DNA from: Ktedonobacterales bacterium
GTDB taxonomy: Bacteria; Chloroflexota; Ktedonobacteria; Ktedonobacterales; JADMIN01
DNA: 32,000 bases
NCBI GenBank assembly: GCA_030167145.1
Contig: CP126532.1
Coordinates: 2,550,001-2,582,000 of the forward strand
Direction: 5' to 3'
The notes beneath the pieces were generated by a model. The model had not been told where the DNA came from, did not search any database, and saw only the letters and a list, made by a program, of their open reading frames with translations. Of the stretch, positions 24,817 to 32,000 are shown one piece after another. A program made the translations under genes and the position numbers. Each line of letters opens with the position of its first letter. Positions within the stretch are counted from its first letter, which is position 1.

Positions 24817-25665
24817 ATGACACGAAAGGCAGCACACCCCATGCGACACGAATCCGGCTCCGTCACCGTCAACGGCGCACGACTCGCCTATGACATCCAG
24901 GGCGACGGCCATCCCCTCGTCCTCATTCACGCGGGCATCGCCGACCGCCGCCAGTGGGACGACCAGATGGATGCTTTCGCCGCACGCTACACCGTCATTC
25001 GCTACGATCAGCGCGGTTGGGGCGATTCCAGCGCCCCCGCCGGTCCCGTTGCCTTCCACGAAGACCTCTACGGCCTGCTGCGCGCCCTGAATATCGCACA
25101 GGCGCACATCCTCGGCATCTCAATGGCTGGCACCATGGCCATTGACTTCGCGCTTACCCATCCCGATATGGTCAGTTCACTCGTGCTCGTCGGCTCCTGG
25201 CTCAGCGGCTACCCCACCGTGCCCAGCGACGCCGAAAAAGCCGTCTGGGAACGCTATCAAGCCGCACTTGACGAAGGACGCCTCGACTGCGCCAACAAAG
25301 TAGAAGTTGACCTCAAGCTCGCGGGCATCCACCGCGACCCCACCCAGGTGGACCCCGCCGTGCGTGAGCGCCTGCTCGCCATCCACCGTCCCGCCTTCGA
25401 CCGCCTCGCCGAGCGCGACCGTATGACTCCCTGGCTCAAACCCGAACCACCCGCCGCCAGCCGCCTCGCCGAGCTACACGCCCCCACGCTCGTCATCTAC
25501 GGCGATCTGGATGTGCCCGTCATCCCCGTCATCGCCGCCAAGCTCGCAGCAGAGATTCGCGGCGCGCGCACCATCGTCATGCCCGGAACCGCCCATGTGC
25601 CCAATATGGAGCAGCCGCAGCAATTCAACCACATCGTCCTCGACTTCCTCGCTAGCCTCCCCTGA
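24817..25665 (+). CDS. Alpha/beta-fold hydrolase
   Basis: HPLVLIHAG oxyanion region, nucleophile elbow GISMAG, and C-terminal GTAHVPNMEQPQQF catalytic His region. The start is uncertain: ATG at 24817 or 24841; the track start is 24688. Confidence 0.8.
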   Translation: MTRKAAHPMRHESGSVTVNGARLAYDIQGDGHPLVLIHAGIADRRQWDDQMDAFAARYTVIRYDQRGWGDSSAPAGPVAFHEDLYGLLRALNIAQAHILGISMAGTMAIDFALTHPDMVSSLVLVGSWLSGYPTVPSDAEKAVWERYQAALDEGRLDCANKVEVDLKLAGIHRDPTQVDPAVRERLLAIHRPAFDRLAERDRMTPWLKPEPPAASRLAELHAPTLVIYGDLDVPVIPVIAAKLAAEIRGARTIVMPGTAHVPNMEQPQQFNHIVLDFLASLP

Positions 25666-25780
25666 TGTTCCCATAGTTGTGAAACGCCACCGTCTGCCGG
25701 CATTCATCCCTTCTCCAGTGTGCGCCGGCAATTTATGACCGCGACCGCTACGCCATTCTGCCGGATTCTGCCAACCCATG

Positions 25781-25811
25781 CGTAATGCGGACACCCCCTG
25801 CCCGCATTACG
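25781..25811. promoter_or_regulatory. Perfect 10-bp inverted repeat (CGTAATGCGG-N11-CCGCATTACG)
   Basis: Arms at 25781-25790 and 25802-25811. It lies in the 233-nt gap between the hydrolase and the DinB/ClbS-like gene. It has no U tract, so it could be an operator or a U-less terminator. Confidence 0.35.
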
Positions 25812-25898
25812 TGTTACGCTGCACCTTGAATCTAACGCGCGTACGGCCCGGCTCATTCCAGAAGAAGCACCGTGTACCCACCGAATGGAGAACGCCCC

Positions 25899-26375
25899 AT
25901 GACCAGCGACGACCAGACCACCCAGCAACGCCGCGACGCCCTGCTGCAACACGCCCGCGACGAACACGCCAAACTCGAAGCCTTCCTTGCCACCCTCACC
26001 GACGAAGAACAGACCCAGCCCGGCGTCACCGGCGACTGGTCCATCAAAGACCACCTCGCCCACCTCACCTGGTGGGAACAGCGCGTCATTCGCATGCTCG
26101 CGGGCGACCCCGACCCGATTGACGCCATCCCCGGCGATGCTAATGGCGAGAAGAGCGAAGACGACATCAACGCCTACATCTTCGCCCAGAACCACGACCG
26201 TTCCCTTGCCGACATCCGCTCCGCCTTCGACGCCTCCTACCAGCAAATGCTCCAGCTTATCGCCACTACCCCCGACGACATCTTCATCGCCAGGCACGAC
26301 TGGATCAGCGGCAACTCCGACTACCACTACGACGAACATCTTCGCATGTTCCAGGCGTGGCGCGACCACGCCTGA
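25899..26375 (+). CDS. DinB/ClbS(DfsB)-like four-helix-bundle protein
   Basis: WSIKDHLAHLTWWEQRVIRML and C-terminal DYHYDEHLRMFQAW resemble the ClbS/DfsB (DUF1706) and DinB-like His-containing helices. ATG at 25899 follows GGAGA. Confidence 0.6.
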   Translation: MTSDDQTTQQRRDALLQHARDEHAKLEAFLATLTDEEQTQPGVTGDWSIKDHLAHLTWWEQRVIRMLAGDPDPIDAIPGDANGEKSEDDINAYIFAQNHDRSLADIRSAFDASYQQMLQLIATTPDDIFIARHDWISGNSDYHYDEHLRMFQAWRDHA

Positions 26376-26387
26376 TCCCGCGCCTAC

Positions 26388-26861
26388 TCAGTCGCGCCTG
26401 GTCTGCTTGCGCGCGTGCCGGGCAGCGGCCATGGAGTAGGCTTCGGCCAGCAAGGGCTTCACAGCTTCCCAGGTTTCCTGGCCGGGGTTGAGCACACAGA
26501 CAAACAATTGCGGCGCATATACGGGATGCGGCATCAGCCGGTCCAGGGCCGCGAAATCATAGCCAGCGCTCTCCGCACGCTCCTCACCGGGCGCAGAGCC
26601 AAAAAGCGCACGAAAGGTATCTCGGCTCACGCCGATATTGAGCCGAAATACATCCGGGCGATTGAGCTGTGAGGTGTTATCGAAGTCGCCGTAGTCTTTG
26701 GTGACGATGGTGGCGAAGGGAAACTGGCGCGTCGGGTCGAGATCATGCTGGGGGTCGTAGTAGAAGAAGCTATCCCCAGCTCCGGGGCCATCAGTTGGCC
26801 TGAGAACCTCAATATCCGCAAACGTAGCCACCACATAGGCAATGATCGCATCTTGATCCAT
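26388..26861 (-). CDS. Conserved hypothetical protein (DUF6194-like)
   Basis: FPFATIVTKDYGDFDNTSQLNRPDVFRLNIGVSRDTF matches my recollection of the DUF6194 core. ATG at 26859-26861 lies 9 nt after GGAGG. Confidence 0.55.
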   Translation of the reverse strand: MDQDAIIAYVVATFADIEVLRPTDGPGAGDSFFYYDPQHDLDPTRQFPFATIVTKDYGDFDNTSQLNRPDVFRLNIGVSRDTFRALFGSAPGEERAESAGYDFAALDRLMPHPVYAPQLFVCVLNPGQETWEAVKPLLAEAYSMAAARHARKQTRRD

Positions 26862-27015
26862 AGCTATGAGCCTCCAGAGACTATCGCCCGGCGCCGCCGT
26901 CGGGCTGATCGAACCTCTGAGTATATCATGCCTCCTGTCCACCCAGCGCCGTTCGATGTGCTACACTTCCGCCATAGGAAAGACACCACACCTCTTCGCC
27001 GGGAGCGAAACCGCT

Positions 27016-27840
27016 ATGGGCGTACAAGACCTGCATCTGCCAGCTACCCATCAGCGCGTCGTGAACCGCTTCATTGCGGCATGCCAGGCCGATGACCGCG
27101 TGATCGCCGCGTTTCTCAGCGGCGCCTACGCCAGAGGCGCAGCCGATGCCTACTCCGACCTCGATCTCGGCCTCATCACCACCGACGCCACCTACGACGA
27201 ATTCTTCGCCAGCCACGCAGCCTTCATCCAGCAGATTGGCTCGCCTATCTTCCGCGAAACCTATCATGGCTCCGGCTCTGACATGCTCTTCTTCACGTTT
27301 CCCGATGGTGTCGAAACCGAAGTCGCGCTTGGCCGCGCCAGCCACTTCACCCATATCAGCTCCGGCCCCTACATCATCCTCGTAGACAAGCCCGGTATCC
27401 TCACCAACGCCGTGTTTACTGGCTACATCCCCACCCAGGCCGAGCAAACCGCAACCCTGCAAAACCTCATCTCCTGGTTCTGGCACGACCTCTCCCACCA
27501 CTTCCTCACCGCCATAGCGCGCGGGCGTCTCTGGTCGGCGCACGGCCATCTCGAAGAACTGCGCCTCACCTGCGTCAACCTGCTCCGCCTCACCCATGAC
27601 TTCACCACCGAACCAGAGGGCTATGAAAAGCTCGAACAGGCCGTCCCAACAGAACAACTCGCACCGTTGCGCGCGACCTATTGCCCGCTGGACCGCGATG
27701 CCATGCTCCAGGCCGCCCGCATCATCGTGCGCCTCTATCGCGACCTCGCCCTGCCCCTCGCCCAGTCCCACGGCATATCCTATCCCACCGCTCTCGATCA
27801 CATGATGTCCGCCCGCCTCGACACATTGCTGCCCGCTTGA
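27016..27840 (+). CDS. Nucleotidyltransferase-fold protein, ANT(6)/streptomycin-adenylyltransferase-like
   Basis: NTase motif LSGAYARGAADAYSDLDLGL (G[SG]-x9-12-DxD). The C-terminal helical domain has FWHDLSHHFLTAIARGRLWSAHGHLEELR, as in Adenyl_transf-type enzymes. Trimmed to the ATG at 27016. Confidence 0.65.
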   Translation: MGVQDLHLPATHQRVVNRFIAACQADDRVIAAFLSGAYARGAADAYSDLDLGLITTDATYDEFFASHAAFIQQIGSPIFRETYHGSGSDMLFFTFPDGVETEVALGRASHFTHISSGPYIILVDKPGILTNAVFTGYIPTQAEQTATLQNLISWFWHDLSHHFLTAIARGRLWSAHGHLEELRLTCVNLLRLTHDFTTEPEGYEKLEQAVPTEQLAPLRATYCPLDRDAMLQAARIIVRLYRDLALPLAQSHGISYPTALDHMMSARLDTLLPA

Positions 27841-27961
27841 TCGCCTCCCCATTCCCGCACACCCAGCATCTCGCGGCCCGCTGGTGGCCCGCCAGTTCAC
27901 CGCAGCACCAACGAAAACTACGAGCATATACCCTTTTTGGAGTAATAAACACAATAAAGTA

Positions 27962-27990
27962 TTGACTTATTTGTATTAATCATGTATATG
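27962..27990 (+). promoter_or_regulatory. Sigma-70-like promoter candidate preceding a ~290-nt leader
   Basis: TTGACT (27962-67), 17-nt spacer, TATATG (27985-90), inside the only AT-rich patch (27930-27995) of this intergenic region. Confidence 0.45.
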
Positions 27991-28286
27991 GATTTGTAGC
28001 ACCGTTAGGTGACACCGGCTGACCCACTCAGTGTGCCGCGCTGCTGCCGCCGCGCAGACCATGTATGCAGAAGGAGGACAAAGAAGGCCAATCGGCCTGT
28101 GAATGCCATCGGTTCGCAGCGGACGGCCGTCGCCGTCAGCGTGCGCGAACCCCGTTTTCCAGCGCGGCGCATGCCCCAACCCACCAGCCTGTTCATCGCG
28201 GTGGGCGCCAGGCGAGAGGCGCTGCGAATGACACGATTCGCAACGATTCGAACATCACCGATGCTGAAAGAGAGAGGCACAACACC

Positions 28287-28889
28287 ATGGCAACAATGGA
28301 CGCAACCACATCTCTGCGCGTCAACCTTCGGCGGCTCTGGTCCGATCACGTCATCTGGACCCGGCAGTACATTGTCGCATTCGCGGGCGACCAGCCCGAC
28401 GCCGGCGCGGCTGCCGGTCGCTTGCTCAACAACCAGGAGCACATCGGCAACGCCATCGTTCCGTTCTACGGGCAGGCAGCCGGAACCCAGCTCAGCGACC
28501 TACTCAAGCAGCACATCATGATCGCCGTAGATTTGCTCAAGGCCGCCAAAGCGGGCGATGACCCTGAATTCCAACGCCAGGATCAGAAATGGTCGCACAA
28601 CGTCGAGGAGATCGCCACGCTCCTGAGCAGCGCGAACCCCCACTGGCCCAAACGCGACGTGATTGACCTGCTCAATGTCCATCTCAAGCTGACCAAGGGC
28701 GAGGCCGTCGCCCGCCTGACCGGCAAGTGGGATGACGATGTCGCCGCCTTCGATGACATCTTCACCGAAATCTTAACGGTCTCCGACACGCTAGCCGATG
28801 GCATCATGAGCCAGTTCCCGGACCGCTTCCCCGCCCAGTCAGCGCCAGCGCGCCGCGGACTCGCCCGCATCTTCGCGCGAGGACGGTGA
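28287..28889 (+). CDS. Conserved helical (four-helix-bundle-like) hypothetical protein
   Basis: LRRLWSDHVIWTRQYIVAF...LLNNQEHIGNAIVPFYG...LLKQHIMIAVDLLKAAKAGD...NVHLKLTKGEAVARL...MSQFPDRF resembles a conserved Firmicutes/Chloroflexi family of unknown function (recollection only). ATG at 28287 follows AGAGAGAGG. Confidence 0.6.
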   Translation: MATMDATTSLRVNLRRLWSDHVIWTRQYIVAFAGDQPDAGAAAGRLLNNQEHIGNAIVPFYGQAAGTQLSDLLKQHIMIAVDLLKAAKAGDDPEFQRQDQKWSHNVEEIATLLSSANPHWPKRDVIDLLNVHLKLTKGEAVARLTGKWDDDVAAFDDIFTEILTVSDTLADGIMSQFPDRFPAQSAPARRGLARIFARGR

Positions 28890-29419
28890 TCGCCATGCTC
28901 CATATCGGTGAGAGCGCGCCAGACTTCCAGGATCTGCGCGGAGTCAACGGCGAAAGCTACTCGCTTGCGTCCTTTGCCACGCATCCCGTGCTCATGGTGG
29001 CGTTCATCTGCACCGGCTGCCCGACGGTCAAGGCCAACGAAGCGCGCCTGGTCGCATTGCAGGAACGCTACAGCGCAGTTGGCGCGCAACTGATCGCCAT
29101 CAACTCCAACAACCCGTACCTGTCGTATCCTGACACCCTCGAAGAGATGACGCGCCGTGCAAGCGAGAAGTCCTTCAACTTCCCGTATCTCAAAGACGCC
29201 GATGGCGCTGTGGCTACCCGTTTCGGCGCCATCAGCACCCCACACGTCTTCTTGTTCGATACGACACGCCGGCTGGTCTATAAGGGTCGTATTGACGATA
29301 CACGCGATCCCGCGCACGCAACGTGCAGTGACCTGGAGAATGCGCTGCGTGATGTGCTCAGCGGATTGCCCGTCAAGGTGCCTGAAACTCAGCCCTTCGG
29401 CTGCGCCATTATCCGCTAG
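28886..29419 (+). CDS. Thioredoxin-fold protein (AhpC/TSA-like redoxin)
   Basis: Active-site-like FICTGCPTVK, the redoxin pattern STPHVFLFD, and a C-terminal PFGCAI. The GTG at 28886 overlaps the upstream stop (GTGA), suggesting translational coupling; the alternative ATG is at 28895. Confidence 0.8.
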   Translation: MIAMLHIGESAPDFQDLRGVNGESYSLASFATHPVLMVAFICTGCPTVKANEARLVALQERYSAVGAQLIAINSNNPYLSYPDTLEEMTRRASEKSFNFPYLKDADGAVATRFGAISTPHVFLFDTTRRLVYKGRIDDTRDPAHATCSDLENALRDVLSGLPVKVPETQPFGCAIIR

Positions 29420-29536
29420 CAAGTCGTTCTCACCACCGGCTGGCCGCGCCACCAACACGCCAGAGTGTGCTTCACTCGTCGTTTGCTGGCGCACGCCCGC
29501 TGGTGTCATCCGCGCCGCTCAACCAAGGAGAATCGT

Positions 29537-30325
29537 ATGGCATCGGACCTCGCCGCTACCAGGCATCTCCCCCTGCGTTTCCGCTGGCCGTGGCTGTTCG
29601 TCGGCGCTGGCTGGGCGCTCGCCATCCTGGCAACCATCACCGGCTGGCGTATCCTCATAGACCATCACTTCCTCTTAGAAGAGAGCGGGCTATCCTGGCC
29701 TGTCGCGGCGGCTGTGTTTCTTGTCGGGTGGCAGGTGATGATCGTGGCGATGATGCTTCCGGCCAGTATGCCAACCATCACCACGCTTCTCGCCAGGGGC
29801 GGCGCTGGCGCACGTGCGAAGCGCCAGCTCGCGGTCTTTTTCGCGGGCTATGCCGCTATCTGGACCGCGTTTGGCTTGCTGGCCTTCGCTGGCGATACGC
29901 TGATTCACCGGACAGTAGATGCGTGGCCGTGGCTTGCCACGCATGCTTTCCTGATCGGCGCCATCACCTTCCTCATCGCTGGCCTCTTCCAGTTCAGCCG
30001 GGGGAAGCGCGCCTGCCTCAGTCTCTGCCGCAGCCCGCACGCCTTCATTGCGGATAGCGGACCAGCGCCATCACACACGGCTTGGCGGCTCGGCATCTGG
30101 CACGGAGCCGCCTCCGTCGGCTGTTGCTGGGCGCTGATGCTGGTCATGTTCGGCATCGGCGTCGGCAATCTCGTCTGGATGGCGGGCCTGACCTGCCTCA
30201 TGGCCAGCGAGACAACCCTTCCCACGAATAGATGGATGAGCCGCGCTATCGGCATCACCTCACTCGTGCTCGCGCTGCTGTGGCTGGCGCATCCCGCCTG
30301 GCTCGTGCCCGCCACCGTCTCCTGA
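29537..30325 (+). CDS. DUF2182-family predicted metal-binding integral membrane protein
   Basis: Six to seven TM helices. The motif GWQVMIVAMMLPASMPTI is characteristic of DUF2182. AAGGAG lies 6 nt upstream of the ATG at 29537. Confidence 0.7.
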   Translation: MASDLAATRHLPLRFRWPWLFVGAGWALAILATITGWRILIDHHFLLEESGLSWPVAAAVFLVGWQVMIVAMMLPASMPTITTLLARGGAGARAKRQLAVFFAGYAAIWTAFGLLAFAGDTLIHRTVDAWPWLATHAFLIGAITFLIAGLFQFSRGKRACLSLCRSPHAFIADSGPAPSHTAWRLGIWHGAASVGCCWALMLVMFGIGVGNLVWMAGLTCLMASETTLPTNRWMSRAIGITSLVLALLWLAHPAWLVPATVS

Positions 30326-30335
30326 TACCACCCGG

Positions 30336-30977
30336 CTACGACGCCACCACATCGAACCGGCAGCGCGATGACGTGCCCCGCTCACAATGCTCGCAGACCG
30401 CGACACCACTGATTGTGCTGATGAACATTTCCGTCATCCGGCACACCTCCGCATGGCCGTTGACCACCGCCGCGAGTGGGCAGCTAGCTCCGCGAATGGA
30501 AAGCTGATTGTCCTCCTCCACGACCTCCGCCAGCCCGCCGAGTTCGTTCAGCGCCTCCGCCGCCACGACGAGACGGCTGCGTGTATCGCTGCCCTCCGTG
30601 GCCGCGTCCATCTCATCGGCAATGCGCCGCCCCGCCTCACGCGCGGCGGCGTCGAGGTCGTCTTGTCCGAGCCGCTCACCAAGCACCGCCAGAAGTTGGC
30701 GCAGCACGTGGTCGTAGGATTTCGGGAAGAGCAGATCCGCGTCCGCCGTCAGCCGGTATTCTTGCGACGGTTTGCGGCTGCCGCTGGTCCACCGCTGGCC
30801 CGCCTCGCACACCAGCCCATCGCGTTCCAGCAGCACCAGTTGCGTGCGAATCGCGTTATTCGTCAGATCCAGCGCCTGCGCGAGATCGTCAACGGTGGCG
30901 GCCTGGCGGCGAAGATACTGCAACATCCGGCCACGTGTCGTGGTGAAGAAACGCCGATCCCACGTGGTAGCCGGCAT
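30336..30977 (-). CDS. Winged-helix (ArsR/DeoR-like, COG2345) transcriptional regulator with a C-terminal Cys4 motif, SufR-like
   Basis: The wHTH is RGRMLQYLRRQAATVDDLAQALDLTNNAIRTQLVLLERDGLV. The C-terminus has C-x12-C-x15-C-x2-C (CPLAAVVNGHAEVCRMTEMFISTISGVAVCEHC). ATG at 30975-30977 follows AAAGGAG. Confidence 0.75.
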   Translation of the reverse strand: MPATTWDRRFFTTTRGRMLQYLRRQAATVDDLAQALDLTNNAIRTQLVLLERDGLVCEAGQRWTSGSRKPSQEYRLTADADLLFPKSYDHVLRQLLAVLGERLGQDDLDAAAREAGRRIADEMDAATEGSDTRSRLVVAAEALNELGGLAEVVEEDNQLSIRGASCPLAAVVNGHAEVCRMTEMFISTISGVAVCEHCERGTSSRCRFDVVAS

Positions 30978-31305
30978 GTCGCTCGCTCCTTTCGCTCTGC
31001 TCACCCATAGCTCGCCCGAGTCTCGCGCTCTTTTTGAGCATAGCCAGCCCCATTCGCTGATGTCAAGCAAATCAAGGAATTCATGCGAATGCTGTATCAG
31101 TGCGCTCTAGCCTCCACACTACGGCGTCCCTCCGCTGGGTCTCCACCTCGCGTTCCCAATCCCGCGTCCGTATCCGCCCCTCTTTGTCCGCATGTGCCCG
31201 TATCTGCCGCCTTGCCATACCCGAACATCAGTTCTACACTGCTCACTGGGGAACGGCAGACCAGATCACACAACTTCACACGATTCGCGAACGGAGACGA
31301 CCAGC

Positions 31306-32000
31306 ATGGGCAAGCGCAACAACGGCAACAACCGCAACAACCGCAACACTACAAAACATCACACTGGCAGCAATCCACTCCCCTCGCCTCGTAGGAGAGG
31401 GGCCGGGGGTGAGGTCTCTCTCTTTCCGCCCGGCGAGCCGCTGCGCCCCAGCGCTGGCCTCACCGGCGCGCAGGGCGAGCCGCGCCAGTGGGCCTATCCC
31501 GTCGGCTACAACATCGCCCAGCTTCCGCGCGCCACCGAACAAACCAGCTTCGCAGAGCTACGCAACCTCGCCGCCCTCTACGACGGAATCCAGCTCTGCG
31601 AGCGCGTCTACTTCGACCTCCTCGGGCGCCTCGAACCGCGTGTGCTGCCACGGCCAGACGCCCTCGCCCCAGGCGACACCGGCGCCGAGCCGCGCTGGCG
31701 CGAACCCGCCCGCCGCATCGAGGCCTTCCTCGAAAGCCCCGACCACGCCCAAGATCTGCGCTCCTGGCTCGTCGCCTTCGTCCGCGATCTGCTCGAAATT
31801 GACGCCGTCGCCATCTACACCCGGCGCACCCGCGGCGGCGCGCTTCACGCCCTCGAACTCGTCGCCGCCGACAGCATCAAGCCGCTCATCAACCCTGACG
31901 GGCGCACCCCACAGCCGCCACAGCCCGCCTATCAGCAATACCTCTACGGCGTGCCCGCTGGCTGGTACACCCGCGACGACCTCGACTACCTCCGCGAGAC
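31306..32000 (+). CDS. Open reading frame running off the window (231+ codons); possibly a phage portal-like protein
   Basis: Not in the track because it has no stop. ATG at 31306 lies 8 nt after GGAGA. My translation is MGKRNNGNNRNNRNTTKHH...SFAELRNLAALYDGIQLCERVYFDLLGRLEP...LRSWLVAFVRDLLEIDAVAIYTRRTRGGALHALELVAADSIKPLINPDGRTPQPPQPAYQQYLYGVPAGWYTRDDLDYLRE. The coding signal is strong. The portal assignment is an unverified recollection of portal N-terminal architecture. Confidence 0.4.
   Translation, partial: MGKRNNGNNRNNRNTTKHHTGSNPLPSPRRRGAGGEVSLFPPGEPLRPSAGLTGAQGEPRQWAYPVGYNIAQLPRATEQTSFAELRNLAALYDGIQLCERVYFDLLGRLEPRVLPRPDALAPGDTGAEPRWREPARRIEAFLESPDHAQDLRSWLVAFVRDLLEIDAVAIYTRRTRGGALHALELVAADSIKPLINPDGRTPQPPQPAYQQYLYGVPAGWYTRDDLDYLRE

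Noticed and set aside
28065-28286. In-frame upstream extension of the helical-protein gene (ATG at 28065), and a 13-codon mini-ORF at 28061-28102.
   Set aside because: The extension is Arg-rich and low-complexity (RRRQRARTPFSS...), with no SD before 28065. The ATG at 28287 has AGAGAGAGG upstream and gives the N-terminus expected from my recollection of homologues. I cannot fully exclude the extension, so it is kept as a caveat in the leader finding.
23974-29509. Other long antisense ORFs: 23974-24639, 25704-26369, 26926-27954 and 28583-29509. The ORF at 12387-13058 (outside this span) is of the same kind.
   Set aside because: Each lies opposite a + strand gene with recognisable family motifs and a good RBS. 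None has an RBS or a recognisable domain. I treated them as shadow ORFs.
28231-31288. Shared 11-mer ACACGATTCGC(-/G)AACG just upstream of the starts at 28287 and 31306. The second copy contains the palindrome TTCGCGAA. I considered it as an operator for the intervening SufR-like regulator.
   Set aside because: Exact 11-mer pairs are expected by chance in 32 kb, at roughly a hundred same-strand pairs. The match alone therefore carries no weight.
31315-31350. The coding 9-bp repeat CGCAACAAC x4 resembles the reverse complement of the 6226-6282 unit (CACAACATC; 7 of 9 identical).
   Set aside because: The units are short and low-complexity, on opposite strands and in different contexts (coding versus leader). 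The similarity is most likely coincidental.

Overview
This is a high-GC (roughly 65% by eye), densely coding bacterial chromosomal segment with genes on both strands. I support about 35 CDS. I recognised no rRNA, tRNA, CRISPR array, transposase or integrase. Strong GGAGG-type ribosome-binding sites, several Uma2, pentapeptide-repeat and BNR proteins, and long disordered N-terminal extensions on MurJ and FtsW suggest Chloroflexota (Ktedonobacteria-like) or an actinobacterium; this taxon guess is weak.

Housekeeping genes: murJ, a SEDS FtsW/RodA protein, signal peptidase I, an M50 protease, an Nramp transporter and pdxH. Accessory genes are interspersed among them.

All functional calls come from motifs read in the supplied translations; no homology search was possible. 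Many long antisense ORFs in the track are GC-driven shadow ORFs. Several track ORFs were trimmed to internal starts that have good Shine-Dalgarno sequences.

Observations most worth follow-up:
1. A 34-bp perfect direct repeat brackets a ~2-kb BNR/sialidase-like gene cassette. One copy is the 3' end of the Nramp gene. The cassette leader carries a 9-bp x6 tandem repeat that encodes an (MLW)5ML mini-ORF.
2. An ECF sigma factor carries a ~220-aa Cys-rich C-terminal extension and has no adjacent anti-sigma factor. An exact 17-bp motif lies both upstream and immediately downstream of it.
3. A ~1-kb low-GC islet has its own promoter and encodes a membrane-anchored orphan protein.
4. Two convergent two-gene modules sit at the window centre: a pentapeptide-repeat/2-TM pore-like protein with a C-N hydrolase, and a REC-SnoaL response regulator with a Uma2 nuclease.
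5. A promoter and ~290-nt structured leader precede a helical-protein/thioredoxin-like/DUF2182 operon. A SufR-like Cys4 regulator lies next to it.
6. An open frame with a possible phage-portal character runs off the right edge.
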